Source: a virus. From it: a DNA stretch of 64,000 nt. Under the pieces are notes generated by a model. The model saw only the letters and a list, made by a program, of their open reading frames with translations, was not told the DNA's origin and searched no databases. Below, piece by piece: positions 27,760 to 38,272 of this stretch (positions within the stretch are counted from its first letter, which is position 1; every line of letters begins with the position of its first letter). The stretch spans positions 64,001-128,000 of IMG/VR virus record IMGVR_UViG_3300022745_000628. One strand, 5' to 3'. The translations under genes and the position numbers were made by a program.

Positions 27760-27926
27760 CTCGTGCCGGGCCATTCCATATCCAAGTACACCCATGAAGC
27801 CTATATCGAGCCTAGCTCTAACTTTAAGCCCGCGCTACATCACAAGAAGTTACGTAGGCGGCCCAGTAATACATGCGTAGCGCGTGAAACCACTATTTAA
27901 GTAAACCAAGGTTACCGTAACAAACC

Positions 27927-30368
27927 ATGCCACTGTTTCATAAGCCGGGCCTAAGCTTTTTAGTACAGCAGTACCTAACTGATTCGCAAAAGACTCAGGC
28001 GCGCGGTAATCTGGACGCGCCTTGGGGAGGCGACGACAGCGAAGGTAACAGGTTTTTAGTACATTCTCCGTATCAAACCGAGGCGTACGCCGACTTCGAG
28101 TTTAGATCGCAAAACTCTGAAGACGTAGCGCGTATGGCTGGCGACGCTGTCTCCGGCTGGGTTATGCAGTCTCAATCGGAATTTCGGCAGAGTTCCGCAG
28201 GGTTGGCGCCTTACTTACATCAGCGTATTATTTATAACGTCGAGACAGATGTTAACGTGATGTGGGAGGCGATGTACGACTGGGGCTACGCACTCAATCA
28301 TTATTCGTCCGACAACTCGAGATATTACCAGTTCTTGGTTTCCGATGACGACAGTTGTATCCGGACATTGGTGGCTACCAATGACCAATACAACGAGCAT
28401 ACACATCTGTCTAATCGTAGCGAATTAGTGCAGTACTCTTACGACGAAACGGGAGCCCAGGTTGTAGATATAAATTACGGCGTAAACTACGACGGTCGCG
28501 CCGTACCTACTTTCGACGTAGCTTTGAACTGGGAAATGGACGGAACGGAAATACTTAGTCGCTTGCGTTATGACTACGACAATTACGAATGGGTAATGAG
28601 TCAGCAGCACACCAATGTGTATAAAACTCAGTCGTTGTTGGCGCCAGATCGGCTATACCGGTCCATAGAAAATATCGATGGTGGACTAGTTCAGTTTTTC
28701 GAGCAATCCAATCTTTATTACTGGTGGCTGCAGTCCGAAGGCCCTGACAGGTTGGCCAGCCTATATGTCAGCCATGACGACAACGTAATCGATATGTATG
28801 TGGAGGACACTTATTTATCCGCAGAGACGACTACCGGCTCCAGCGGTTTTTGGATAAATGTAATCGGAGATTTTCCAGGTAGTTTTCAAACTGGGCATAC
28901 TAAGCTGCAATACGATGAAGACTTTGAATCAATCGTTTTAGAAACTACCGTCCAAGTTGGACCATATCCGTGGCAACCCGATGATTTATCATCCACGTCC
29001 ACGCAATCGGTTACGTCGTTCGAATTTTCGACAAAGGAATACAACTGGGAAGGTTACTCCGCTATGAATCCTGGTGGTTTTAGCCACCGTGGACATATCG
29101 ACGGCAACATACTGACGCAGGCAGAGGCGTATCTCGGTGACAACAATCACGGGATAATGTATTTTTACAGTAATTATCTAGATGATCCAGACGCCGGTTT
29201 ATACGGAGTTTCTGCTGGAATAGCTATAGACAAGGCACCAAGTTACAACCAGTTGGGCGCGCGATTATTTGCGTTCGGATTCGATGGCAATACTAGCCCG
29301 TACCAGAACTACATTGAGACATTCAACGATAACGGCAGTGTACGGTTGCGAGCTGGTTATGACGATGTCTTCGCCCAAGTAGACTGGTCTACATCCGGCA
29401 TACTTACAAGTGTAGACGCCAGCGGAGAGTACTATTTCCACGAACAAACCGCGGTAGACATGCAAACACGTTATATTTACGACCGATATAACGATGTGTT
29501 TGCACTGCGTGAGCAGTTTCTCGACTACAACTGGACAATTGACTCGTACTCCTCAGACGGACAGGTTGCATATTTACAGCTAAACCCCGGGTATTCCTAC
29601 GCAGAAGCTTACTACCGCGGTAATGTTGCGTCGCAAGCTTTATGGATAAGCATAGGGGATGATGATTACGACCATCCGGCTTACGAACTGCAAATGAACT
29701 TGAATTATGCCGATACCAATAATTTCTACAACAATTTCAAGTATGACTGGTCATCGATTGGCTGGCTTATGGAAGCCTACAATACGCAAGATGATTCGCG
29801 TAGTGCGTTTAATGCTGCTTGGACAACCATATCCAGCAGGTGTTGGCCCAATTACAACGTGGATCCGGGTACATATTGCGAGCACATTGTAACTCAGAGC
29901 TCCATTGAGTCGAATACAGCTAGTTCCGACGGTAATGGTGTATACAGCTACCAAAATGCATCAGGAATATTTTGGGAGTTAGACATACCAGAAACTGGTG
30001 AATACCAAGACGTAACGTTCGATAGCAGCGGTTTCACACCAAGCGCGATGCGTTACCTGCCGCACGTATTCCGATATTCTGAAGTTTTGGATGTGTTTTC
30101 TGCAGGCTGGAATCAGCACTCTATCGAAGTATACGCTGACGTAGATGACGCAATAGTTGTGCTGCCAGAGATAGTGCCCGATCATTTCGGAGGTGAGCTG
30201 CAGATACTAATACTGGATACCAGTGGTGGCGCGTGCATAATTGCGCCAGCCATGGGGCAGTATATTAATGGGTATCCGTACACCATCAACAACGTGACAA
30301 ATACACTTATTAAACTCCGTGCGTGTTCTAACGGAAATTGGCTAGCATTAACTCTTTACCCTGATTAA
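27927..30368 (+). CDS. Acidic Asp/Tyr-rich fibre/appendage protein B
   Basis: First 18 aa identical to fibre A (MPLFHKPGLSFLVQQYLT); shared C-terminal GFTPSA.RY...LPEI..DH.G.E...RACS.GNW. Confidence 0.6.
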   Translation: MPLFHKPGLSFLVQQYLTDSQKTQARGNLDAPWGGDDSEGNRFLVHSPYQTEAYADFEFRSQNSEDVARMAGDAVSGWVMQSQSEFRQSSAGLAPYLHQRIIYNVETDVNVMWEAMYDWGYALNHYSSDNSRYYQFLVSDDDSCIRTLVATNDQYNEHTHLSNRSELVQYSYDETGAQVVDINYGVNYDGRAVPTFDVALNWEMDGTEILSRLRYDYDNYEWVMSQQHTNVYKTQSLLAPDRLYRSIENIDGGLVQFFEQSNLYYWWLQSEGPDRLASLYVSHDDNVIDMYVEDTYLSAETTTGSSGFWINVIGDFPGSFQTGHTKLQYDEDFESIVLETTVQVGPYPWQPDDLSSTSTQSVTSFEFSTKEYNWEGYSAMNPGGFSHRGHIDGNILTQAEAYLGDNNHGIMYFYSNYLDDPDAGLYGVSAGIAIDKAPSYNQLGARLFAFGFDGNTSPYQNYIETFNDNGSVRLRAGYDDVFAQVDWSTSGILTSVDASGEYYFHEQTAVDMQTRYIYDRYNDVFALREQFLDYNWTIDSYSSDGQVAYLQLNPGYSYAEAYYRGNVASQALWISIGDDDYDHPAYELQMNLNYADTNNFYNNFKYDWSSIGWLMEAYNTQDDSRSAFNAAWTTISSRCWPNYNVDPGTYCEHIVTQSSIESNTASSDGNGVYSYQNASGIFWELDIPETGEYQDVTFDSSGFTPSAMRYLPHVFRYSEVLDVFSAGWNQHSIEVYADVDDAIVVLPEIVPDHFGGELQILILDTSGGACIIAPAMGQYINGYPYTINNVTNTLIKLRACSNGNWLALTLYPD

Positions 30369-30402
30369 TTTCAACGTTTTTTATTTTGAGGAGATTTAGA
30401 TT

Positions 30403-31113
30403 ATGGGTCCGATCCGATTAAACGGTCCTGGCGATTTTTACACGGTGATCGATCAAGTAGCCGATCGCGGCACTTACATCGAGGCTGGCATCGAAAACCC
30501 GTCCGAAAAGATCGCTACCATTCAGGTGCTCAAGGACGTTATTTCGATTGAAAAGCGCTATGACTCGTTGGCTACGATTAACGCAAAGTTCGGTTCTGAA
30601 GTAGCTGTCGAAGCTACAGAAACCGCGCTGGCGATTAGCATACCCGTATTCGAAGTGGCTATCGGCGAAGGCGTCAAAACGCGCATGACCGACACTACTA
30701 TCGAATCACACATTTATGTAGACGACGAGAACCGCACAGTCGATCTGCATATGGACAAAGCCAATGTGCACATCGAAGTTACTCAGGGATCGAGTTTTTC
30801 CGTAATCGATGTGCAACCTACCGAGATATTGATTAAAAACGAAGCTGGCGCGACGCTGCGAATCAGTGGCGACGGAGTATCTGCGGTAAATAGTGCAGGA
30901 TTCGGAATCAGCACGGGCAGCGGCACTGTAGAGATCACCTCGCCGTTGATTATTCCGCAAGTGGACAAAGCTACGCTGCTGTCCGGGGATTATCCCGGAA
31001 ACATTGCCATTTACTATTACAATGAAAATGACAATGACGGCGTCCGCCTTGCGTTTAAAGATCACGTGAACGCCGTTTGGAAAAACGCAAGCGACAATTC
31101 AGTTGTTGCGTGA
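30403..31113 (+). CDS. Beta-strand-rich acidic appendage protein
   Basis: 236 aa, GAGGAG RBS, alternating hydrophobic pattern. Confidence 0.55.
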   Translation: MGPIRLNGPGDFYTVIDQVADRGTYIEAGIENPSEKIATIQVLKDVISIEKRYDSLATINAKFGSEVAVEATETALAISIPVFEVAIGEGVKTRMTDTTIESHIYVDDENRTVDLHMDKANVHIEVTQGSSFSVIDVQPTEILIKNEAGATLRISGDGVSAVNSAGFGISTGSGTVEITSPLIIPQVDKATLLSGDYPGNIAIYYYNENDNDGVRLAFKDHVNAVWKNASDNSVVA

Positions 31114-31220
31114 CATATTCGGCAATTTAATTGGTAGGATATTGGTAATACCCTACGCTTGTCAGACTCGTTGAATCCCCCCATTTAACAATTAAACTCC
31201 CTTTTTCAGAAAGTCTCGCT

Positions 31221-31622
31221 ATGTCTCGTGTTCCAACTCCAGGCGCTGCTGGCGGTCCTAGCGCTCGTGTGCCTAACCTATTTCCACCTGTTCCTATGAC
31301 CGAGGACGAGCAAATCAAGGCCGTCGCGCGGAACCTCACGCGATTGTCTAACCAGCTTGCTGGTACACTCGCTTCACAATTTGACCAGCTTTACAAGTTG
31401 TTCTGGACCGACGGCAAAGACGTGCGATCCGCAGATTTCTTGAATAAGTTGGCTGATACGCTCGACGCTACCAAGCCAGGCTTGTCCGGCCAGCTGGTGC
31501 AACTCGCTGAAGCGATTTCGCAGACCTTGGTTATTTCCGGAATGGTGCAGGCTGAAGATGTGGCGCCAAAATTGCCGATTTCTGTAGACTCGAAAACCGG
31601 CAAATTTACCGTCGGCGAGTAA
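31221..31622 (+). CDS. Small helical chaperone-like protein, paralog of 27400-27759
   Basis: VARNLTRL, LFWTDG, LDATKPG. Confidence 0.55.
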   Translation: MSRVPTPGAAGGPSARVPNLFPPVPMTEDEQIKAVARNLTRLSNQLAGTLASQFDQLYKLFWTDGKDVRSADFLNKLADTLDATKPGLSGQLVQLAEAISQTLVISGMVQAEDVAPKLPISVDSKTGKFTVGE

Positions 31623-31653
31623 TTTGTCGATTTCAACGCCAGCACATACGCAT

Positions 31654-31681
31654 AAAACGCACGGGCTCCCCGTGCGTTTTT
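31654..31681 (+). terminator. Intrinsic terminator (potentially bidirectional)
   Basis: AAAACGCACGGG-CTC-CCCGTGCGTTTT. Confidence 0.75.
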
Positions 31682-31697
31682 GCTATAGTTGAGTATT

Positions 31698-32129
31698 ATG
31701 ACTACACAACGATTTCTGCAAGATAATGTCGTCAAAACTAAGCGCGTAGACGTAAGCCTGGCTAATGTCCCGGCGAATACTACCGTCGTACTTACGATGC
31801 CGTCGCACGATATTACACTAAACGCGGCCGAAGACACGTATTTCCCAGAAAACGCTGCGTTGCCGTCCAAGAATGTTTTTGATGCTATTGTCGACTTGTA
31901 CAGTATGGCTGAAAGCGCATTAGCGCGTCCGACTGTCGAAGAGTTTATCTACAGCGCGTCCGGGCAGTTAACACAGCTCAATTACGCGGACGGCAGTACG
32001 TCGCAGCTTACATACGACGCCAATAAACGCGTAAGCCAGCTGGTCACAAAGACTAAAGATAATGCACGTATAATCACAAAAACATTTGTTTACGACGGCA
32101 ACCGTATTTCCAAAATCATTACGAGTTAA
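31698..32129 (+). CDS. Small virion protein with C-terminal YD-like repeats
   Basis: ATG at 31698 (track TTG 31689); FIYSASGQLTQLNY, LTYDANKRVSQL, FVYDGNRISKI. Confidence 0.5.
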   Translation: MTTQRFLQDNVVKTKRVDVSLANVPANTTVVLTMPSHDITLNAAEDTYFPENAALPSKNVFDAIVDLYSMAESALARPTVEEFIYSASGQLTQLNYADGSTSQLTYDANKRVSQLVTKTKDNARIITKTFVYDGNRISKIITS

Positions 32130-32132
32130 TTA

Positions 32133-33476
32133 ATGGGCACACAGATCCTGCAATACCCAATTGCTGAGCCGCTCTCGCCAGATCAGCCGCTAGTGTTAAA
32201 AGATGTGCGGCTGTCCGCCAGGCCGATCACTACTGACAACAGCGCGACGTGCACTATTACAGCTGTGCTTGACGGTACTGCTAAGGTAGCAACGCTAGAA
32301 CTTCCAGACGAGTACGCGCAATGGCTGTTAACCGGCCGCGGTATTGTCAATATATCGCCAGACGGCACAGTGGTAACATTGCCATACGCCACTGCCGTTA
32401 ATATCAACAATGTCAGCAACGCACCTAGGAAATATGCGTTTGGCAGACAAACAATACAAATATATTTACAGTCTGTAACCCCGCTAACGGTTACGCAGCT
32501 TTTCACAGTACAGGGGCCCGCGCTCGAGACACAGTTCACCGGTTCCTCGGTGTTCAGCGCTGACACGATTAACGCTGACACGCTAGCTTCCGGAAGCGGT
32601 ATAGGAAACCTGACGGTTTTGGCCACGGCGGTAGAGCTGTCAAAAGAGTATTCGACGTCTGCAACCAGTATCACTCTGGTTGGCGCCACGATTGGGTTTG
32701 ACAATTCCGGCACTAACTTACAACCGCAGCTAAACCAGGCGTTTGCCGGGCTGACCTGGGTGTTTAAAAATTGCGTATTTACCAGCAAAACACTGTGGAT
32801 AGCTTTGAAACCAGGCGGCTCGGTCCGATTTTACAATTGCAATCTTGGAGACGTCCGAATTTGCGGCGGAGACGAGACCAGCTCAGTTTATTTTGATAAC
32901 GACTGCTTCGTTACAACAATTGTCGGGGACGGCGAATTTGCAGGCTTGTTGCCGGCCGTGCTAAAAGGAAAGTACGCTATTACCGAGGATCACACGGTAA
33001 CGGATTTTCGCGAAGCTGTCCGAGATATTGTTGGCCTAGCTATTCCGGAAATTAGCAAGGCTATATTGAAAGACTTAGCACGCGGTACAAATTCTGGCGA
33101 TCTGGCAATAGCGCAGGTAGCCGATGCCGTTGACAGTAAAGTACGGCTGGCTTTGCAAACGTTTGAGCCTGGTATGCCAGGCCAGATATTCGGCCCTATC
33201 AATCTTTCTGACGAGATTAATGCAAATCTTCAGACCGCGTTGCGCGGCGTGCTTAACTCTTTGCCGGAAGCGCTAAACCTCAAAGACATGATTTTCAATG
33301 AGATATTGACTGGAAAATACAACCTGCCGAATTCATTGGGTTGGTATTTACAGCAAATTTACGAGGTTTTGGGAACGCAGCCTGACGCTCTTAAAACATT
33401 GCTTGAAGACAGCAGCACTGATATCGCCAAACAATCGCATTTAACGGCAATGTTGGCGTTAATGCATAGGCGGTAA
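32133..33476 (+). CDS. Hypothetical appendage-associated protein
   Basis: 447 aa; beta-rich N-half with beta-helix-like strands, helical C-half. Confidence 0.55.
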   Translation: MGTQILQYPIAEPLSPDQPLVLKDVRLSARPITTDNSATCTITAVLDGTAKVATLELPDEYAQWLLTGRGIVNISPDGTVVTLPYATAVNINNVSNAPRKYAFGRQTIQIYLQSVTPLTVTQLFTVQGPALETQFTGSSVFSADTINADTLASGSGIGNLTVLATAVELSKEYSTSATSITLVGATIGFDNSGTNLQPQLNQAFAGLTWVFKNCVFTSKTLWIALKPGGSVRFYNCNLGDVRICGGDETSSVYFDNDCFVTTIVGDGEFAGLLPAVLKGKYAITEDHTVTDFREAVRDIVGLAIPEISKAILKDLARGTNSGDLAIAQVADAVDSKVRLALQTFEPGMPGQIFGPINLSDEINANLQTALRGVLNSLPEALNLKDMIFNEILTGKYNLPNSLGWYLQQIYEVLGTQPDALKTLLEDSSTDIAKQSHLTAMLALMHRR

Positions 33477-33532
33477 TTACATGCACGACTGTAGCCTAAA
33501 ATAGAGGTAAGCACCCCTATTTTTGAGGCTTT

Positions 33533-36500
33533 ATGTCGTCACAAGCATTTTTTCAGAGCAATGCGGATCCTACCAAACGTCTTAATCTAGATGTGGACGG
33601 CATTGCCCATTCGGCTATAAGAACTATCACGGTTCCGGATCGTAGCTTATCTATTGGTGTAGCTGCGGACGTCTATATTACCGCGATATCCGGCATGACG
33701 TCTGGAAACGTCCAAGCTGCGCTGAACGAGCTCTACACTGCAATTTCCAGCATAAATCCAGATGTGCAGTGGGACGATATTCTAAACAAACCGACTACAT
33801 TTCCACCGTCTGCGCACAGCCACGCTACAGACGGATGGTTTACCACGATATTATCTGCGAAAGCCGATTTGATAACCGGCGTAGTTCCAGCAGCACAATC
33901 CCAGCCAAGCTCCATCTCGTTTAATACCGATACTGGCGAATTAACGCTGACAGACGCTACCGGCGCGGATACTGTCGTGGATCTAAGCATCGGCACCAGT
34001 GATACTACGTCATTCGCAATTGTTCAAACCAATGAAGTAGACATATTTGACCCTACTGCCAATCAGTATGTTCCGATTACGGTAGATAACGGGGAACTGC
34101 TGTTAAACGGCGACCCTATGGTAAACACGGCGACCTCTTACAGCGATCCTAGCTGGTTGACCGCGCTGTCGTACACCAAGCTGACAGATTCAGATACGTG
34201 GACGTTATCGTACGACGCGAGCACTGATACGCTGTCTTTAACCGACCCTAACAGCCTTTCGTATACAACCAGTCTAGGTCTTGGACACAGTTCTATAGCT
34301 AGGTTCGAAAGCCTGGATTTATACGACGATGTTCGGGGAGCTTATGGCAATCTGTACATCGAAGACGGAGTCATTCGGCTTCACTACACTTTAGATAGTT
34401 TTGTATTTATAGATCAGGTGTCTATACACTCCCAGTACGTATCGTATAACGATTCGCAAACAATCCCGACGCTAAATCAAACGTTAGCTCGGGCGAATAT
34501 TAATGCAGAAGCGGCTATTACTGCTGGTACGACCTCGCAGTATTGGCGCGGAGATAAGTCTTGGCAAACGCTCGATACAAGTGTAGTCCCTGAAAACGGG
34601 AACCTATATGCCACGAATGCGAGATCAATTGCAGCGACGCTCACCGGCTACACGAGCGGGGCTGGAACTGTTGCGTCCACCGATTCGATCTTACAGGCGA
34701 TTCAAAAACTCAACGGCAATGATGCGTTGAAGGAACCGTCGATAACAGCTGGGACTACTGCCCAATACTGGCGAGGTGACAAATCCTGGCAAACGCTAAA
34801 TCAAGCTGCGGTCGCAGGGCTGACTACCGCGGATAGTCCGACGTTTGCGGGCTTGACGATCAGCGGAACGACTCCAACGATCAATCTCGGGGCAAGTAAT
34901 TACCTTAAAGTCCAGAGCAATAGTCTGTACTTTAATAATGGGAACGGCGATCAAGGGGTTGTCCTAGATGGGCCACTGTCGCAAGGGACTTATTCGATCT
35001 CTCCTTACGCGATGCTCTTACCGTCGCAGAGATGGGCACCATTCGGCGCATCAGCACGCGAGATTCGAATGGTGGGCGATGCGGTCTACGCCACTGGCAA
35101 CAGTTTAGCGGTAAACGAGCTGATCAACTCAGGTGGCTCGTATGCAAATCCATCTTGGGTGACTTCGCTTGCATGGTCAAAGATCACAAGCACTCCAACA
35201 ACTGTCGCAGGATACGGCATCACTGATGTCATCAATTCAACGCTGACAGGTTATACGAGCGGGGCTGGGACAGTCGCGTCAACGGATTCGATTCTGCAAG
35301 CGATCCAGAAGCTCAATGGCAATGATGCGTTGAAGGTAACGCTTAATGGTGCACTTGGTACACCGACATCAGGCACACTGACGAACTGTACTGGCTTGCC
35401 AATATCGACCGGTGTTAGCGGGCTAGGAACCGGCGTAGCAACAGCACTAGGTGTCAATGTTGGTAGCGCTGGAGCATTTGTTACATTCAATGGAGCACTC
35501 GGCACGCCTTCAAGCGGCACTGTCACGAATTTAACCGGCACAGCATCGATCAACATTAACGGCACTGTTGGCGCGACGACGGCGAATACTGGGGCGTTCA
35601 CGACTCTATCGGCAACGGATGCGGTCACGAATGCAGTTGGTACGATAACCACGTCGAAACCGTTTACGATTTCTCAAACGTGGAATGCAAGCGGTACTAC
35701 GTTCGCAGGGCTACTTATCGATGTAACTAAGACAGCTGCTGCCGCCGGGTCGTACCCATTTAATCTTAAATACAACAGCACGAATTACGTTTATTTCGAT
35801 CCGGCGACTACCTATTTGAACTGCATGGGTGGATTGCAAACGGGCAGCGGGACTACAAGTAACGTGATTGTGCTCGGGAGTCAAATACTCATTGGATCGT
35901 CATCCACACTGACATTTTACAACGCTAGCGGAACATTCACGCTAGCGAGGGATGCCGCTGATAACATACTAGCGCAGAAAAACGGCACAACCGCCCAAAC
36001 ATCTCGACTATACGGCACCTATACGGATGCTAGTAACTACGTTCGATCGTCACTAGCCACAACATCAACGACGATTACATGGGCTGCGGAATCGGCTGGA
36101 ACCGGGGCGGCTAATATCGATTTAGCGATAACGCCGAAAGGAACAGGCAAGGTTACCACACCCGGAATAATTAGTGCTTTATCATTTCAAGACACTGGTA
36201 CTGGAACAGGGGACCATATCTTATGTGCTATTCGGCGCGATTCTTCCTACAACTATTTTTTGCTGAATTCTACTGGATTGCGACTTGGAAGTAATGCTTT
36301 AATCAACTTCTATTCTGGGATTAGTACAATCGGGACTACCGATTTAGGTCTATATCGTAATGCTGCTGGGGTGCTCGAAATTAACACCGGCACCTCAGGA
36401 ACGTACCGTGATTTAATTCTACGCAAGATTAATCATTCTGGCGATATTTCTGCGACAGCATGGACTACATCTGGCTTAAGTATTATTCAGACTGCTTCAA

Positions 36501-38269
36501 CGTTTACTGATAGTTCAAGCTCTGGCACCGTAGCACTAGCTTATAGTAACAAGTTCGGTGGAAACACTATAGCCGCAAGTAGTGCCACGACATATACAAA
36601 GTACATAGGGTCATATTTTGTAAATGAAACCGCCGGAACTAATGTTACTTTCACGGATCGTTATTCATTAGGAACGGATAGTTTTTGGGTTAACTCTGGA
36701 ACTATTACTACCTCACAGCCAGTATTACTTAATCAAACATGGAATGCCGGCGCTGTTACCTTTTCTGCGGCAACTATTAACGTTACCGATACTGCTAGCG
36801 CATCAGCATCATTGCTCCAAGATTGGCAGGTTGCCAGCACGTCGAAAGCATCGTTACGCAAGTCGGGCGATTTGTTTGTTGCTGGTATCGACGTGTCGGC
36901 GAACAATGGCAATGTTGCCAACGGTTGGACTAAATCGGGTTCGTTGTTGATAGGACTCGCAGCGAGTGCCGCGTGTATTCATCTCGACGGCAGCAACGGC
37001 GGCATCATCATTCCCAACGCTGCTTATCCAATCAGTCACGGAAACGGAAACGTAAAGGTGTGGGCTCCCAGTTCAGGTGTGTGGGAGCAACGCAATTTAA
37101 CAACCGCCCAAACGTCGCGGCTATACGGCACATATACCGACGCGAGCAACTATCGCCGGTTATCGATTGCATCTACGACAGCCGGGGCATTCACCATTAC
37201 TCCAGAAGGTGCTGGGACCGGGGCTAGCGGGAACACACTTAGTTTTCCTGACACAGTCTATCTGTCAAAAACAAGTGGTAATCTGCTGGCTGCATATGAC
37301 ACAGATGGAACCACTGTACGTACAACTATCAACAGTCAAGGGATATTTACGCGTGGTTTTAAGTGCGGTAACACCTCGTCTACAACACCGGTTTACGATG
37401 CCGCTACTTTTGGAACTAATCTGCAAATTGATGCGGGAACTTTAGGTAGTTATGTTCGTGGCGCGTCCAACACCCTTTTTGGATGGAACTCGACAGCTAA
37501 TAATGCTAATGGGACTGGACTTGATACTGCATTAGCTAGAAATGCTGCCGGCGTTGTTGAAATCAATACGGGAACTGCCGGTACTTACCGCGACCTAATC
37601 TTACGGAAGATTAATCATTCTGGCGCTATCTCGTCAGCAGCTTGGACTACATCTGGCTTAAGCATTATTCAGACTGCCTCCACGTTTACTGATAGTTCAA
37701 GCTCCGGCACGGTTGCAACGGCCTACAGTAATAAGTTCGGCGGAAACACGATTGCAGCCAGCAGCTCGACTACCTTTACAAATTATGTTGGCTCGTATTT
37801 TTCAGTCGAAAGCGCTGGCACAAACGTAACGCTTACAAATAGCTGGGCGTTAGGCGCCGATTCTTTACGAGTCGGCACTAGCAACCAGATGACCGTCACG
37901 GCAGCTGGGGTACTTAGCTGTCTATCGGTATCAGTTACCGGCAAAATAGCGGTTGCGCTTACATCGTTAACAGATGCCGCAACTATTGCAGTAGATGCTA
38001 CAAGCGCTAACAAGTTTACCGTTACGCTAGGCGGCAACCGCACACTAGGCAATCCGACGGGCACATTTGCGGACGGCCAGATCATTACATTCAGAATTAA
38101 ACAAGACGGTACCGGCAGTCGCACACTGGCTTTCGATACCAAGTATTATTTCGGCGCAGATATCCCGTCTGCTACGCTATCTACGGCAGCTAGTACAGTT
38201 GATCGTATATCGTTCGAATATGATTCGAACAGAGACAAGTGGGACTGCATTTCGTTCTTGAAAGGTTAA
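33533..38269 (+). CDS. Long mosaic fibre protein
   Basis: Thr/Ser/Gly-rich; NVQAALNEL, GALGTPSSGT repeats, duplicated blocks, C-terminal LTDAATIAVD..FTVTLGGNRTL.NPT..GQ..IKQDGTGSRTL domain typical of phage fibres. Confidence 0.8.
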   Translation: MSSQAFFQSNADPTKRLNLDVDGIAHSAIRTITVPDRSLSIGVAADVYITAISGMTSGNVQAALNELYTAISSINPDVQWDDILNKPTTFPPSAHSHATDGWFTTILSAKADLITGVVPAAQSQPSSISFNTDTGELTLTDATGADTVVDLSIGTSDTTSFAIVQTNEVDIFDPTANQYVPITVDNGELLLNGDPMVNTATSYSDPSWLTALSYTKLTDSDTWTLSYDASTDTLSLTDPNSLSYTTSLGLGHSSIARFESLDLYDDVRGAYGNLYIEDGVIRLHYTLDSFVFIDQVSIHSQYVSYNDSQTIPTLNQTLARANINAEAAITAGTTSQYWRGDKSWQTLDTSVVPENGNLYATNARSIAATLTGYTSGAGTVASTDSILQAIQKLNGNDALKEPSITAGTTAQYWRGDKSWQTLNQAAVAGLTTADSPTFAGLTISGTTPTINLGASNYLKVQSNSLYFNNGNGDQGVVLDGPLSQGTYSISPYAMLLPSQRWAPFGASAREIRMVGDAVYATGNSLAVNELINSGGSYANPSWVTSLAWSKITSTPTTVAGYGITDVINSTLTGYTSGAGTVASTDSILQAIQKLNGNDALKVTLNGALGTPTSGTLTNCTGLPISTGVSGLGTGVATALGVNVGSAGAFVTFNGALGTPSSGTVTNLTGTASININGTVGATTANTGAFTTLSATDAVTNAVGTITTSKPFTISQTWNASGTTFAGLLIDVTKTAAAAGSYPFNLKYNSTNYVYFDPATTYLNCMGGLQTGSGTTSNVIVLGSQILIGSSSTLTFYNASGTFTLARDAADNILAQKNGTTAQTSRLYGTYTDASNYVRSSLATTSTTITWAAESAGTGAANIDLAITPKGTGKVTTPGIISALSFQDTGTGTGDHILCAIRRDSSYNYFLLNSTGLRLGSNALINFYSGISTIGTTDLGLYRNAAGVLEINTGTSGTYRDLILRKINHSGDISATAWTTSGLSIIQTASTFTDSSSSGTVALAYSNKFGGNTIAASSATTYTKYIGSYFVNETAGTNVTFTDRYSLGTDSFWVNSGTITTSQPVLLNQTWNAGAVTFSAATINVTDTASASASLLQDWQVASTSKASLRKSGDLFVAGIDVSANNGNVANGWTKSGSLLIGLAASAACIHLDGSNGGIIIPNAAYPISHGNGNVKVWAPSSGVWEQRNLTTAQTSRLYGTYTDASNYRRLSIASTTAGAFTITPEGAGTGASGNTLSFPDTVYLSKTSGNLLAAYDTDGTTVRTTINSQGIFTRGFKCGNTSSTTPVYDAATFGTNLQIDAGTLGSYVRGASNTLFGWNSTANNANGTGLDTALARNAAGVVEINTGTAGTYRDLILRKINHSGAISSAAWTTSGLSIIQTASTFTDSSSSGTVATAYSNKFGGNTIAASSSTTFTNYVGSYFSVESAGTNVTLTNSWALGADSLRVGTSNQMTVTAAGVLSCLSVSVTGKIAVALTSLTDAATIAVDATSANKFTVTLGGNRTLGNPTGTFADGQIITFRIKQDGTGSRTLAFDTKYYFGADIPSATLSTAASTVDRISFEYDSNRDKWDCISFLKG
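34637..35335 (+). repeat. Identical 32-aa block in two copies (34637-34732, 35240-35335)
   Basis: TLTGYTSGAGTVASTDSILQAIQKLNGNDALK twice, with synonymous differences. Confidence 0.85.
36356..37801 (+). repeat. 88-aa block in two copies (36356-36619, 37538-37801)
   Basis: RNAAGV...GSYF, 10 amino-acid differences by hand count. Confidence 0.85.
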
Positions 38270-38272
38270 TAA

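Noticed and set aside
36356-37801. Diversity-generating retroelement template/variable repeats
   Set aside because: Both copies are in-frame coding, differences are mostly synonymous and not adenine-specific, and no reverse transcriptase is in the window
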